Source of the DNA: Balanoglossus misakiensis
Lineage: Eukaryota > Animalia > Hemichordata
Length of the DNA stretch: 64,000 nucleotides
NCBI GenBank assembly: GCA_040954595.2
Contig: CM082596.2
Coordinates: forward strand, 186,001 to 250,000
Direction of reading: 5' to 3'
Under the pieces are notes generated by a model. The model saw only the letters and a list, made by a program, of their open reading frames with translations. It did no database searches and was not told the DNA's origin. Both the position numbers and the translations under genes were made by a program. The first letter of the stretch is position 1. Each line of letters begins with the position of its first letter. Below, in pieces: positions 12,221 through 25,700 of this stretch.

Positions 12221-12875
12221 GCCAACACACACATGTATGACTGACAAATACATCTGAGAGCCCCTTGTGGTTCATGTACCCATGAAATACAAGTGAAGCA
12301 TATTCTAAGTTTGAAAATATTTTATTCTGATGAAGCATGTGGTGTAAATGATAAAGTGCATAAACTACACGCACAATGTAGTGAAAGAGAACATGTATAA
12401 TAGTTTGTACAGAGAACAAAACAATGCTTCAAAGATTCACATCCAATCCAAGCATCATAGGTCACAGATGGCACGACTATCTGTGTTTCAGTGGCCATAT
12501 TTCTCAGTAACAGAAAGAGTTGTATCATGAGCCCACAACCACAAACAATCATACACAAATTGAACGTCCATGAGTATTAATAAATAGACAGAGATCTTGC
12601 AGTCGATGTAGTTAAATAAAAGAAGGGACCACTAAGATGAGAGTAATCCCCATGTGAGCAGAAACTGATAAAAGTGGTAATAGTCTGCAAGAAGAAGAAG
12701 GAGAAGAAGAAAAAGAGGATGAGTATATAGACACCTGTTCAAAATACATTTGGTCGTATTGTATCTTGTGGAATTGCAGCAAGAATGTACTGAATACTGT
12801 AAACCTTTGTGGATAGACTTAAAATGACGTCACTTACCTGAAGTAACTATCTTGCAACACTGAATGATAAGTTAT

Positions 12876-13538
12876 TCAAAAGTCTCCTTCGTTGCCATCG
12901 AATTGTGGTATTTCACTGAAAAAAAGACAAAAAATTGCTGACTTCATTTCTGATAATATGCAAGCATAAATACAACAGTATGTATGTACACAGACCCTCA
13001 AATCAACCACGAAGCCCCATTGATGCAAAGAGAAAATGATAAAAGATGAGACACCTAGATTAAGTTCGTGTAGCAAAACCTTATGTCGTATCTCAATAAT
13101 TTTTTTCAGTTACATCAGTCAGACTTCGCAGTTGATTGGGGCCTGCATGTGTGTGCATGCATGTGTTTGTGTCTGTCTGTCTGTCTGTCTGTCTGCATGT
13201 GTTTGGGTATGTGTGTGTCTGCGTGTCCACCCCGGTTTCCAGAAAAAAAAGCGAATGGTACATTACTTGTCAATTTCTTCGCTCGATGAAGCTGCATCCA
13301 TCAAGAGCTGATTGATTTCACTCTGGTCCATCTCTTGCACAACGCTGGCTGCTGTCTCTAGAAGAGCATATATGGCGTTGGCAATGATAGATTCATCACC
13401 ACGTTTTCCTGGTCTTGTTCCCTTACAGCTTTTGAATTTCCTTCCTGCCCTTGTTTTGCAAAAATTGACAGCTTGGCTGGAATGTATGCAGACAGTGACT
13501 GTGACGAGAACAGCAACAATGAGTGACCTGGAATACAT
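12876..13538 (-). CDS. Secreted neuropeptide precursor: signal peptide + VNFCKTRAGRKFKSCKGTRP-G-KR + acidic associated peptide; 2 coding exons, about 103 aa
   Basis: Exon 13538-13267 has an acceptor (ttccctgacag) just upstream of the ATG and donor AA|GTAATG. Exon 12915-12876 follows a strong polypyrimidine acceptor (ttttgtctttttttcag) and reads in frame N-EIPQFDGNEGDF*. Hydrophobic N-terminus ending SQA, two Cys, Gly-Lys-Arg amidation/cleavage site and acidic C-terminal region: classic prohormone layout. Unspliced read-through would give 91 aa. Confidence 0.85.
13148..13227. repeat. (GT)n/(GTCT)n microsatellite in the neuropeptide gene intron
   Basis: gtgtgcatgc..gtctgtctgtctgtctgtct..gtgtgtgt read directly. 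Confidence 0.9.
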
Positions 13539-16500
13539 ATTGACCTGTCAGGGAAGAACAGAACAGAACAAGAAGTTATAAATCTGATAAATCAATGTAT
13601 TGATCAAAAACAACATTCCTGTAGTCACAGGCATAATTACATTAAATTAGAAGTGGGCGCTTTATCCTGAATTCAACTTTTACCATGAAATTCACCACCA
13701 TATCAGCTGCTTCTGGAAATCGGCACTGTTCTGTTCATTCAGTTAGTCAATGCAACCAATTAAGCTTTTGTTTATTCATGATAATTGAACCCATTAATCT
13801 CATTGACGTGTTTAATTCATGATCGATGTAATTTTGCTTTTAAGGTATTAAGAAAATCACTAATCCTGTGAGCATTTGCATGGCAGTTGGCCGCTCAATG
13901 GCTTTATACAGACACCGTAATATACATGTATAAAACAACTTTGTTAAATCTGCGTTTCCACAGCTATAAAGCCTGTCTTATCCTGATTGGCCAACTCCCT
14001 TGTTCAATTTATTTGGATTACGAAAGAGCTGGTAAAAGTAGCTTGTGAGTTCATGATTACATATTTTAATTCTAAATTTCTAGGGCAAATAAATGTTTTA
14101 TACTAAAGAGCTATATATCAAAACAGCTCTACCAGAAGGAAGCTTTACCAGAAAACAAATAACTGTTGTATAAATCATGGTGGTTTTAACAAAACTAACC
14201 ATGAAAAAGGAACTGTAGTTACTTCATTGTTGTTTTTCCTGTGAGTACACTTTCAAAGTCAATCATCTGGCACTAGGCAGTTATAATTGGTACTTCATTT
14301 AAAACTGAGCATCATAATGACTCGTATATCATAGAGAGTTATTTTCTTACGATGATTTGTCCCCAAACACTTTTAATATGCAAGGCAGAGCACCGTGTGA
14401 GGGATTTATACATAGATGAGCAATATAGGCATGTGCAGGCAGAGTAGGCCCTACGGACAAGAAATAATAATAATTTATCTGTGAAATAATGAAAAAATAG
14501 ATGTATATGGGCCAAATGTCAGGATAGTGGCACAGACTCAAATTTTACATGACTGACATACTAGTATCCCATAATCCTCTCCTCCATCCTTCATAATAAC
14601 ATAAGATGTCCCTTGTGTCACTACAGTGTGGTGGCTTTTAGACAAGCTGACCACATACAGGTAAGTGTTATAGTTCAATCTATCAGAGCTATTTTCTCTG
14701 AAAGACTCCTATAGAAATAGACATACCATTTGTTCCTGTGTAGTGAGCTAAATGACATGGCCCTCCCCGATGCTTACTTATGACACAGCCCTTCCCCTTT
14801 GGTCCAACCCTCCCTCTGGTTAAATCAGAAGTTCCTTGACCACTGTACTGACAAAATCATCAAATCACACAGGAACTGATATCACGATTCGGCATTTATC
14901 TTTTTTGAAAGCTATAGCAGTGTAAAGTAGATTGCAATGCTGTCTGTCTGAACAACAGTGGTCCATAAAAACACTCTTTCCCTATTAACGAATGAAGAAA
15001 TCCGTGATTCTATCAGGATTCGGACCATGTCTCCCTCAAATCAACACCTCAATATAAGGCTTAATGGTGTCACTGTTATCTGGCAATCATCTCACCCCAC
15101 TCCCCCAGGATATCACAAGCACCATTCAAGGAAACATCAGATTCGAAAAAAAGAGCTATTAACAGCTTCTTCAAACCAGTGAATGACGCCATCGCCAGCT
15201 GTGCGTGTCCACCTTAATATGGGTGCCCAGAGTGTGGAATTAATTCTGTGAATGCATGGCTCTGACCTCAAAAAGACCAATTATAAAAAAAAATTAAATG
15301 CGAAACACGATTCCTTGGCGGGGTGGAGGGGGGTACATCACACCTTATGCCATTTTACGTGCAGCAAAATCAAGGGAATGGTTATTACAGGTGTTGTTTC
15401 TCTACCCCTCTCAGTGATCAATATAGTACAAATGTTATCTTAGTGAAATCTAAAGTATTATGGATTTCTTGAAACATACACAGAGCTTGAAAATAACATC
15501 TACCATATATGCCAGGTATGGCTTGTTGTGTTAACGTAAAATCTACTGGTTAAAGTCAACATTTTGTCAAAACTGCACTGGCGAAAAGTCTGTGAGGCGA
15601 AAAAAAAGTAGCCCAACCTGCGGAACAAGCATGTAATGTTCAAGTCATTCTAATATCATCTTTGCAGAACAGTGTCTTCTTCGCATTTACTGGGACAAAA
15701 TGGGACACAGTTTACGACAGGGTTATAGATTGATTAAGAGAAAGTGATTGATATGTCCAAGATTATGATATATGATTTACAGTTGTATCAAGTCAGATAA
15801 GTTAAACTTCACAATGAACAAGGTAAATATCATGTAAAAAAGATAAGCTCGCCCTTTACATACTCTAAATAACTCTAGCTGTTGGATCAGATGCGTTTAT
15901 GTACATATGATTTACAGCTTCTCTCGCTCAATGTAGTTTCCCCACTCTTAATCTTATTCCAACACAAAATGCCATTTTACTTTGGGTCTTTGGGTATAAG
16001 CATGCTAATCACACATGGCGTATATTGTGTGCTGATTAGAGATGTGTCACCAAGACCGTGACGAATTGCGCTGAAACTTTATTCACATGGGAATTTCACG
16101 TTAATACCGACCAGAATGATGTTTCTCCCCAGCGTACACATCAGATCAAGTTAACAGCGACCAACCAGAATAAGGCAACTCCCAAGTGTATGGTAGCTAT
16201 GACTAAGCTGCCAGCAGAGAAGGTTGTAACCATATTTAAAGACATCTTAATACCTTGACGAATGCTTTAGTTTGAAATTTAAAATTAAATAATAATTTCC
16301 CTCTATCTACTTAAATTGCTGGATACGGTGTGAAGTAATGAGTTTTTGTTCATTTCCACATTCGGTATTCTCGTCAGGTTTCATACAATAAAAACACTGT
16401 AATGACAGTAATAAATATTCCTTTACAGTAAATCAATTGATAATATGTGACCCATCAATGTTGTATGCATGCTGTCCTCCTATTGACGATAATGAAGCAT

Positions 16501-17563
16501 GTATCGCCTGCCCTCATAAATGATGTTTTATGACAATAGTTAAACAATTTCAGTTGACCACATTCAACTCTCTAGACCCTAATGTAATGGACAGTACACA
16601 TTTGATGTAAAATGTACAGTGGCCATGAATTCTTGCATTCAAAACGTAAAGATTGACGAAAAGTATGTGAGATATAAACGTTTTGATATTTGTTTCGTTA
16701 TATTAAGTTCTAGTCATAAAGGTTTGGATGGATGTCCTTCATCGTTTTCAGCAAACAAAAGCAACAACAACCATTACCACTTCAGCTCTATATTTCTACT
16801 TTTCATTGCTTGTCAGAATTAGGGTGACTTGCTCAGACAGTACTCATGAAACTAGTCACTATTTGATATTTTCGTCATGTGAATTAGGTTAGGATAAGTA
16901 CACTGACTACATTGCACTTTTATTGGATGTAGCAGCTGTAAAGGAAATTGCTCGGAATCAAAATCAATCGCCTAGCATTTGAATGGTGTTTCCTGAAATA
17001 TCTTGACAATTGTAATTTCCTCTAAAATATTTCCTCTTGAGTCAAATGTTCCAAGTTGTTGTCCTACATGTTTTCCCCAGAATATACAACTGAGATGCAA
17101 ATAATCAGAGCGTCCACTTGTATAAATGAAACGGGAGGGAGGAACGTGGAAGATAAAGAGCCATAAATCAAATCAGTTTTGAATTTTAAGTTTCAAAACA
17201 TATTACGTTTCAGTATAACAGAGTCACATTGATGAGGAAAAACAGAGCCACTGTCAACGTTCAAGAGACATAACTGCAGTATTAGACGTGTATTTTTGTT
17301 GCTTCTATATCGATAATCATATAGCTTTACAAGTTAAAGTTTGACATCAAAATTAACCACCTCATTTTTCGTTGTCCGCATGTACGAGCAGTTTTAATTT
17401 CGATGAACTCTCAAAGCCCCTGATATTGTCACCATACATGAAAACTGGACTAAAATGTCTTAATTAAAATCATACGATCGGTAAAACTATACCTCAACAG
17501 CGTTGACCCATTCACTTTAAAAACTAATGCAACATTGAAAACAAAAGGTTGGTAGTTACAAAC

Positions 17564-17745
17564 CTTTTTTTCTGATGAAGATGAAGTAATCTGTCTGTAG
17601 TTCAACTATGTGGCAGTGTGACTGATGTAAAGTCTGTCTCTCAAACACAATCAGTCTGTTTCTCTCCAGGCAACTTCTTCTTCTGACAGAATCTTTCTTA
17701 GTGTCTTACTTTTGGAGATTGTCTTCTATTCAAAGGCGTATATAA
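17564..17745 (-). promoter_or_regulatory. Candidate TATA promoter and non-coding first exon of the neuropeptide gene
   Basis: Minus-strand TATATA at about 17739-17745, followed by an exon-like leader ending at donor AAAG|GTTTGT (17564/17563). The ATG-containing exon begins at an acceptor, so an upstream exon is required. Assigning it here is inference. Confidence 0.35.
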
Positions 17746-19064
17746 TCAATAATGTTTCTCATGCATATTATTATCATCTCATTTAGACGATTTCATTCGA
17801 GTGAAAGGGAGTCGCATCCCCTTGTTGTGAAATCATTGACGGTTTCCATGTGATAAACTACTATAGCTATCATAATGACATATTTCTAGTCTTGAAAATC
17901 TCTAGCATGAATTCTGTTTTTACTTTTCAATTTCTCATAGTAGAGGTTTCTAGGCCTATTCACACTGAGTGTTGTCAGTGGTGACGAAATAATTAATAGC
18001 TAGAAAAAAAAGTTAAGAATATCACGTATGGAGTCGCCTATTACACTTGATCCAATCCAATTCATTGATAAATCGGCGTCAAGAGTGACGAGCAACATGA
18101 TATTAGATGGATTTGTGGGGAAGAATATTAATATCAGAACACTAGTTACAGTGATGTGATGGCAACCGAATTAGATAAAACACTGTACTATTTGTATATG
18201 CCAGCCTAATCCTACTATAAGGACTGACTGTGAATAAGCATCAGTTTTTAGTGTTTTAAAACATGTTGCACGTTGAAGACAAAGGCACTTCAGTTTAACG
18301 AGGTAAATGTGCTAGAATTAGAAAGAGACTTAAAGCAGCTTCACTTCATCTCATGTGTTGCACATTTAATGCCCACTACGTTAAATACGTTTTGTTACTT
18401 AGAGACTAACGTTAAAAGTTCCATTCACTAACTAAATTTCTGTCATATTTGAGATGCTATCCTTCAGCAGTGGCTTGTTTAACTTTCTGTTTTGCTCTGA
18501 AGGAACTTAAACTTATGGACTAAAGGTTATGAAAAGAAAAAAAATAAGTTTTTTTTACATGAAAGACCAAATGAAAGCATGGATGTGTATTTTGCTGGGA
18601 AAGAATATTTCATTTCATCATCATCCATAATTGATGATGTGTCATCAATGTCGAAATTCCCAAGATTATGCTGTCACTCTGAATAACCTTTTGAGTATAC
18701 TTGTCACGATCTTAACGGTTTAACGCACCTCTGAGATCAGTCTAAACCCTCAGATCTTATTCTTACACACTCATCTAAAACAGAATTAAAACATTAAATA
18801 CTTTATACACCTCCCTACGATTATTCATATTAATTGTATTAGTCAGTAAACTGCTGCCCACCTGAGGGACTGGACAGAATTAACTGGGGTATGGTGGGGT
18901 GGGAATTTTAGATGTTTTTCAAAAGACCTACACACGAAAAATATATGTTGAAACACAATTTACCAATAAATACCATTATAATTGTCAGGAATTAAAAGCT
19001 TTGTTCACAGAAGAACATGTACTACTGTCAGTCAATCCAGCTGTTTTATGCCAGTATCTATTCA

Positions 19065-19270
19065 GGGATCTGGTTCTCTTAGTGGACACGACTATACCCC
19101 ATGGCGATACCATGGTTTTTTAGGGTTAGGGTTAGGAGGGTTAGGGTATGGGATAAACTCACCCTCACATTGCCACCCCTAACCCTCCTAACCCTAACCC
19201 TAACTCACCCTCATTGCCATGGTATCGTTGCCATGGGGTATAGTCGTGTCCACTAAGTGAACCAGATCCC
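19065..19270. mobile_element. Non-autonomous DNA transposon (MITE), 206 bp, with inverted TTAGGG/CCCTAA arrays
   Basis: TIRs of about 40 bp: GGGATCTGGTTC(T/A)CTTAGTGGACACGACTATACCCCATGGC and its reverse complement. Perfect 6-bp flanking duplication TATTCA (19059-19064 and 19271-19276). Internal ttagggttagggttaggagggttaggg mirrored by ccctaaccctcctaaccctaaccctaa. Confidence 0.93.
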
Positions 19271-19331
19271 TATTCAGTACGACAGTAGCACAGACAGACT
19301 GGACGCATCCTCCAAACTTAAACTACTGTCA

Positions 19332-19667
19332 TTAATGCATGTCGCTAATATCATTAGCACTGTTCAGGATTTTCACTCCACCATTAGCATTCCTTGATTG
19401 TGGGTCACTTTTTAACATGTTTTGTGCAAAATATGCATTTATCAGTTTTAACTTCTGTCTACTGAATGTCCCCAAGCGAACAAGCAACTTGTCAAGCTTG
19501 AGTAGGCCATGCCACTCACGTTTTGCAGTCAGTATCACTACAATGTATTTCTCCAGACAATTTGGCAGTGAAACTTGCACTAACCTGCGAATGCCTTCTT
19601 AGCTAGCTCACTTCCATTCTCCGAGACGGAAAAAGACAGTTTTTGAGGCGATTTTTTCACGCGACAT
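19332..19667 (-). pseudogene. Decayed ORF with two in-frame stops, weakly death-effector-domain-like
   Basis: One frame reads MSREKIASKTVFFRLGEWK*AS*EGIRRLVQVSLPNCLEKYIVVILTAKREWHGLLKLDKLLVRLGTFSRQKLKLINAYFAQNML... It lies downstream of promoter-like motifs (AAAATGGC, CACGTG, CTCF). The DED similarity is by eye only. Confidence 0.3.
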
Positions 19668-19754
19668 GTTGATGTTTGAGCCTGGTGGTGCTTGAGTATG
19701 TCGCTGCCATTTTGGATTCGATCACGTGTTTGTAGAATATGAATAATACAACGA

Positions 19755-19767
19755 CGCCCTCTAGTGG
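19755..19767 (-). promoter_or_regulatory. CTCF consensus site
   Basis: CGCCCTCTAGTGG is the reverse complement of CCACTAGAGGGCG, a close match to the core CTCF motif. Confidence 0.6.
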
Positions 19768-22700
19768 GGAATCGTATGAACTATGGCCTACAAGCCTTGA
19801 CTACCTACCCAATATGAAATAGGAATGTATTTTGTTGATCACTTATATCGGTGAAAGGACATAAAAAGTGGTCAAATGACCCAGGGGCCATGTAGAAAGT
19901 AATTTACAGTGCATAATAGATGTTTGGGGATGTATAATTTCTTTTGATAAGGCAACACATGGATAAATGCTCTCCTCTAAACACTTTAACTAGCTGTAAT
20001 TCATTTTGTAAAGTGATAATATCGACAGTTTGTTCTATTTGATATATTTCGCTGTCAAAACAAACAACACTAACATGCTTTTCCAGTCATTCATCATACC
20101 AAGTAGGTTGTAATCAGTAAAGTGGAGTCATTTTCATTCAATCGACGACATATCCCATAATAAAAATCTTAACTGAATATTGCCTGTGTTGTTTCTTACC
20201 ATGTGTGTCAATCAGTATACTATTAACACACAGTCTATCTCCCACCCTCTCTCTCTCTCTCTCTGTCTCTGGATGAACATGGATGTGCCGAGAAAATAGA
20301 ATATGTCAGGCATACCAGTTGAACCAGGTTAAAACTGGATTTCATATCCGTCTAGCATGTCCATTATTTAAGAAGGAATTACAAAATGCCCTCCGACATT
20401 CTTTTGGGAATTTCTTACCTATATTAAATTTTTAAGATAGTTCAAGCAGCTCAATGAATCTTGAAAAATGTATTCTCTATGCTTTTAGAGTGAGATAGAA
20501 TAACTCTGGTGGAAACTATTAATTCATTCAGAGTCAATGCTTCCTGTCAGAGTGCACTGAATAAAATAACAACCACCAGAAATTAGTCAAGTAAAATTTT
20601 ATTGGCCTAGAAATGTCTCACATATGAGACTCAAGAATGATATATGTATGTTCCCAGTTGCACTCTCAGGTTGTGCATGATTAATGAAGAAATTTATTAT
20701 CTTAACATCCATCCATACTAATTAAAAAGGAGTTACATTTCCCTCAACCTCTACTGTCACGGCGAGATTGAGTGTCAGATGGCACTTTCCTGTTAACCCC
20801 AGCATTCTCTTGGGCAGATGTTCCTTTGCTCCATCATCTACTGATATCAGATAGAACGTTACAGCTGGGAGGAAAGAAGCCCTTGGAAGAACACTCAAGG
20901 TCCACTGTGTATTATGGACAGAACTTTAAACAGGGTAATTTGCTTAAGTAGCCATCTATCATACCAGTTATCTTTCTTGCCAACTCACCGATCTCAATTA
21001 GTGCGCAGAATCGTAGCAATTATTGATTGACAGACTGCTTTTGTAGCCACTCATGCAGTAATGTTTATAGCGCATGTTCATATCCGTGCACGTCCTGACT
21101 ACAAAAACACACACTTCAGTGTGGATGGACATAAGACGTTTTGCAATAACCCAGAGGTTAGAAGCATCTGACTCATCTAATTATTTATTAGAAAAATACA
21201 ATGCCTCAGAAGGGACAGATTGTAAATACCAGAAAATTTGATGTCAGCTGATATCTTTATAACTAAATAAACAGACAGACACTTCATTGACCACACACAC
21301 AACACAAAACAATTTCACATATTAATCAGCTGAGTGGAGAGATAACAAGAACTTCAGCGATGTACTCTTATGGTTAATGCTGCACCTGGCAATACTTGTA
21401 GAAACAAATTTATCCCCAGAACATGTATCTAACTTCATTAAATAAATAATAAATCAGTGATATTTAATTTTTAAAGTTTATTCCTCCTTTTTATATAACA
21501 CACATATAAAAAGAGAGAAAAACATATCCATAAGAAATTGTAATTGACGTTCGAAGACAAAATTATATGTAGCCTTGAATTGAATGCAGATGCAATGAGC
21601 TTGTTTACCTTTGAGAATTGTATTTGTGTGAAATAAAGTTCCAATTCTACAGGAATTAAAACATATTACTATCATCGCCTCTGATGACTAGACTTCTGAT
21701 TGCCGATGACACCCTTTTAAGATCTCGGAAAATGCTATTAGCTGAAATCCCAAAGATATTCCTTTGTAAATCCCCCGAGATCGAACTCTTGTCCATCAGA
21801 GAGTTTTCTTCCATATAAATTAATAATGATATAAAACGTCGTTCAGGCGAAGCGAATACTCCTTGATATTTTTTCACATCACTTTGAGAGAGTCATAAGT
21901 ATCCAGAAGACGTACACAAAAACATATCACAAAGTGAGGCATTCTTATTCTGCTCATGTTCAAGTCAAATTCATTTAAAAATGCGACATGAGGACTTCAG
22001 ATCATAGATCATTGGGTCCATTTGTCCCCCACCCTCCCCCCACCCCCTTGGAATAAACCACCCTCTGGTTTGTGGTTTAAACAACTCTATGAGTTGACCA
22101 TTTTGATTTAAGATAAAGCTGGAAAAGAACCCACACATTTAAAATAACAGAGGCACTCAAAAATCCACGGTGACGGCTGCTAAGAATACCAAAACAATTA
22201 TCATATAAATATTACCTCAAAGGGTAAATTTCATATTCAAAGGATACACTTGAAGGTTTTGGCAGGTGTTTTCAAAGGATGTCTGATTCTTTTTCCTTTG
22301 TGGGCTTTTCTGTATTGTTTACAAATATCACCTGCTTGATGTCTGTGCAAAGACTTCCAGGAGGAAATTGTTTCAACATGCAAGTCACACATATCAAATA
22401 TTCACATATCTCAGATATTGATTTTCCTTCAATGCTTGGCTTTTACTCTGCCGGACATAATCTATGTTTTACACAAAAACATGTTGTACTCAATTTTATC
22501 TTTGAATGAACAATGAAATGAACGAATCAATAGGCCAAAGTTTAAAAAAAATGCCTTTCCTGTAATATGCCATTCAGAAATAGGGTAAGTAGGTACTAGG
22601 TAGGAATTTCAATATTTGATGGTAGTCCTTTCAGTTAGTCATCATCCATAGAACTGGGCCAATACAAATTTTTGTCTTGTTCAGTTGTTTTGTAATGTTG

Positions 22701-25700
22701 CCACACTTTTTCATAAGTGATCACACCAAAGTATGTGTATAGCCAGTCCATGGACCATACAAAATTCATTGTATTTTATCTTCACTACTTAATGCTTACA
22801 TATTGAGTGTTGCATGGGCAGGATGTCAATTTTCAGTCGGACAAAAGATGACCACAACAGGAACACATTCACAGCACATTTCTTCCTTCACACATAGTTC
22901 ATCCTAATAAGATAAAATATTAATAAAATTCAGTGTCATAATTTTCAAATAGGGTAAGTGATTCATTAAGGAGCACCTGTTTTACTAAGAAAATATAAAT
23001 AAAACAGTGAAATAATATCCATATTTAGATGTAGTGAAACTGGGCAAAAACTGCACAGAGACAAATCAAACAGACATTGGTCACTCTGCCATTGATATAT
23101 GGAATATGTTTTATTCTGTTAAATTCCAGTATGTCCCAATTGAATTACACAATACCAACATTTACACTTTACATATCTTACATGCCTAGACTTTCAAGTA
23201 AAACAAAATATCTCAAACTAGGCCAAATTTTACAGAACTCCTTTTGCACTTAAGAGTCTCTTCATACATGTATATCAATTAAAGTATATTCTGCAAAGGA
23301 TGTCACAAGATTTACCATATACCGGTATCATAAGAAAAAAAGTCATTTTGAATATTATCAACCATGTTGTATTGGATTTCTCATTCACAGATTCATCAGT
23401 ATACTTCGATATGCAAACACTTCTGATACGCTGAGCAAGGCTTATAGGTATTACACACATTACAGCCAATTGTAATTATAAAAAGAAAGGCTCAGAAAAG
23501 ATAAATTAGAACCCTAAATCTGCCCTGCGATACCTCCTCAAGGGTAATATAATATACATTCATGCTCATAGCCTACTTATTTATGGTCATGGGTTTCTTT
23601 TAACACTATTAACACAACAAACAAGCCAGGGACACATAACAACTGTATTAAAACATCTGCAAGAGGGTCATTATATTGAATAAAAGCTTTCTTCATAACA
23701 GTTGCAACAATTATATTCCAATTCCAGTTGACTAATGTATATTGCATACATGGGTGCATTCTTGTGGATTGCTTGCAGTTTATGTGTGCAGTACATGTAT
23801 TTCATTTTAATGACACACTGTACAACTTAGAAGAAAATACAGCCATGAAAGTTCAAGTGTTGGCACACACAAAACATTTCTGCATCTGAAACAAATGAGG
23901 TCTACGGAGGAATAGCGTTCATTACAAATTCATAGCAGGTACACACTTTGGGAATGTGAGACAGATGTCCCAGGCTACTTTATGACCAGGGCAAAAAAAA
24001 GAGTCATGATTTATAAATGTAGAGAGCAGTGTAGCATGAATGAAATATTTACACCCTGTATCCACTGATAAAGATCATTTTATGCATGATCAGTAGAGAT
24101 TGTACCACATCCGTTACAGTGAACTGTAGACTCCCAGAGGTGTGGCCATTGGTGAAACACCTTAAGTTATTGAAATCAGAGATAACCAGTAGCAAGTGTG
24201 TATGCATATGTGTTTATCGGAATGAATTGAAGTTTTGAAAAAACATTGGCATTCCTAACCATCTATCACCCACAATTTACAAAGAAATCCACTGGTGTAC
24301 GTTTTCTTCTATGACACACCAAGGTTTTCTATCAACAAGAAATTTAATCAAAACTATTATGCAATTAGAGTACTACTTTTTGTCCCTTTTGTACAATCTT
24401 TTTTCTCAAATAACAATCACTTTAATGAGCCACTGGATAGTTTCCAAATTTTACCAACTCTAGCCGGGGATGAAAAATAAGTTTTGTGGATACACAAAGC
24501 AGCCACTGTGGTGTCCTGGCACAAACTTTAACCTGCATACTCTCTAAAAGCCTCAAAGGAAGACTGGTGGAAAGTCTGTCAGTGTACATGGACTTCACCA
24601 TCAAGCTCTGTCACAGATGTCATAAAAGATTTATGAACTGATTCAATCCACACAGAATTAAATGAATAAAACATGGTGGAACGGGAAACCTTGAAGTCAT
24701 TTTATGAATTATGAATTTGATTTCACTTAAGTTTGTAAATATGGAAAGCATGATGCCATCTTTACACTTTACATCTCAATGCCAAAGAAATGCAGTTATT
24801 CAAATTTTGGGGGTGTCATAAGGATATGTCTTGACTGCAATGAATACCATTCCTAGTGAGGTCGCCCCAAGAGGCCAACTGAGGCAAACCACTTGTTTAA
24901 ACTCAAATCGACTTACAGAGGGCTCCCTTCAAAGAGGTATTGACTGTCCTCTGACCTTATGTTATGTTGTGTATCTGTGTGATGTTGAGTTCCTCCGATG
25001 ACAAGGCAACCTGGCTTGGAAACATTAGCTGAGCTATAGTACTATCCAATGCATTTAAGTTTGTCCCTCAATATTAGCAAGAATTACTGTGTACGCACAA
25101 GCAAATAAACATCTGTACAAATGAGGGGGCTATCATGATACATTCATTCATTTAGTGGAAAAACACTTCATGCAAACACTTTTATACTGAATCATAAACA
25201 TGACAGGTGACAATAACTTAGATAATTATATGAATAGATATCAATAAATAAATAAAACATTAATAAACCGTAATGATTAGACTCAATTGTTGAAGTTACA
25301 AATCATAGTTTGTGTAAGTATTCTACACTTTCTTTTTTAGTCTTGCCAGTTGTTTTCCTAATATTCTGTTGTACTACACTCATGCTACCTATAAGATGAT
25401 ATTCACTACATTTCAATCAAATAAAACCCTGCTTAAAAATATAACATTTCACTGGCAGTGATAGTGACTTCATGTTACTAGATTCTTCCACAATCATCTC
25501 TTGCAATCGCCCATCAGAAAAAAAGCTGAACCACAATACAACAGTGTGAGTGTTGCATTTCACATCCATGCCTTATAAAGTCATTTGCCAATAGGTCACT
25601 AGTAGTCTAAAAAATATACATTTGCAACACCAGTTAAACGTTGACTTTCCATGTGGGAAGATGTATGAATAATGACTTGATTGTAAGTAACACAGATGGA

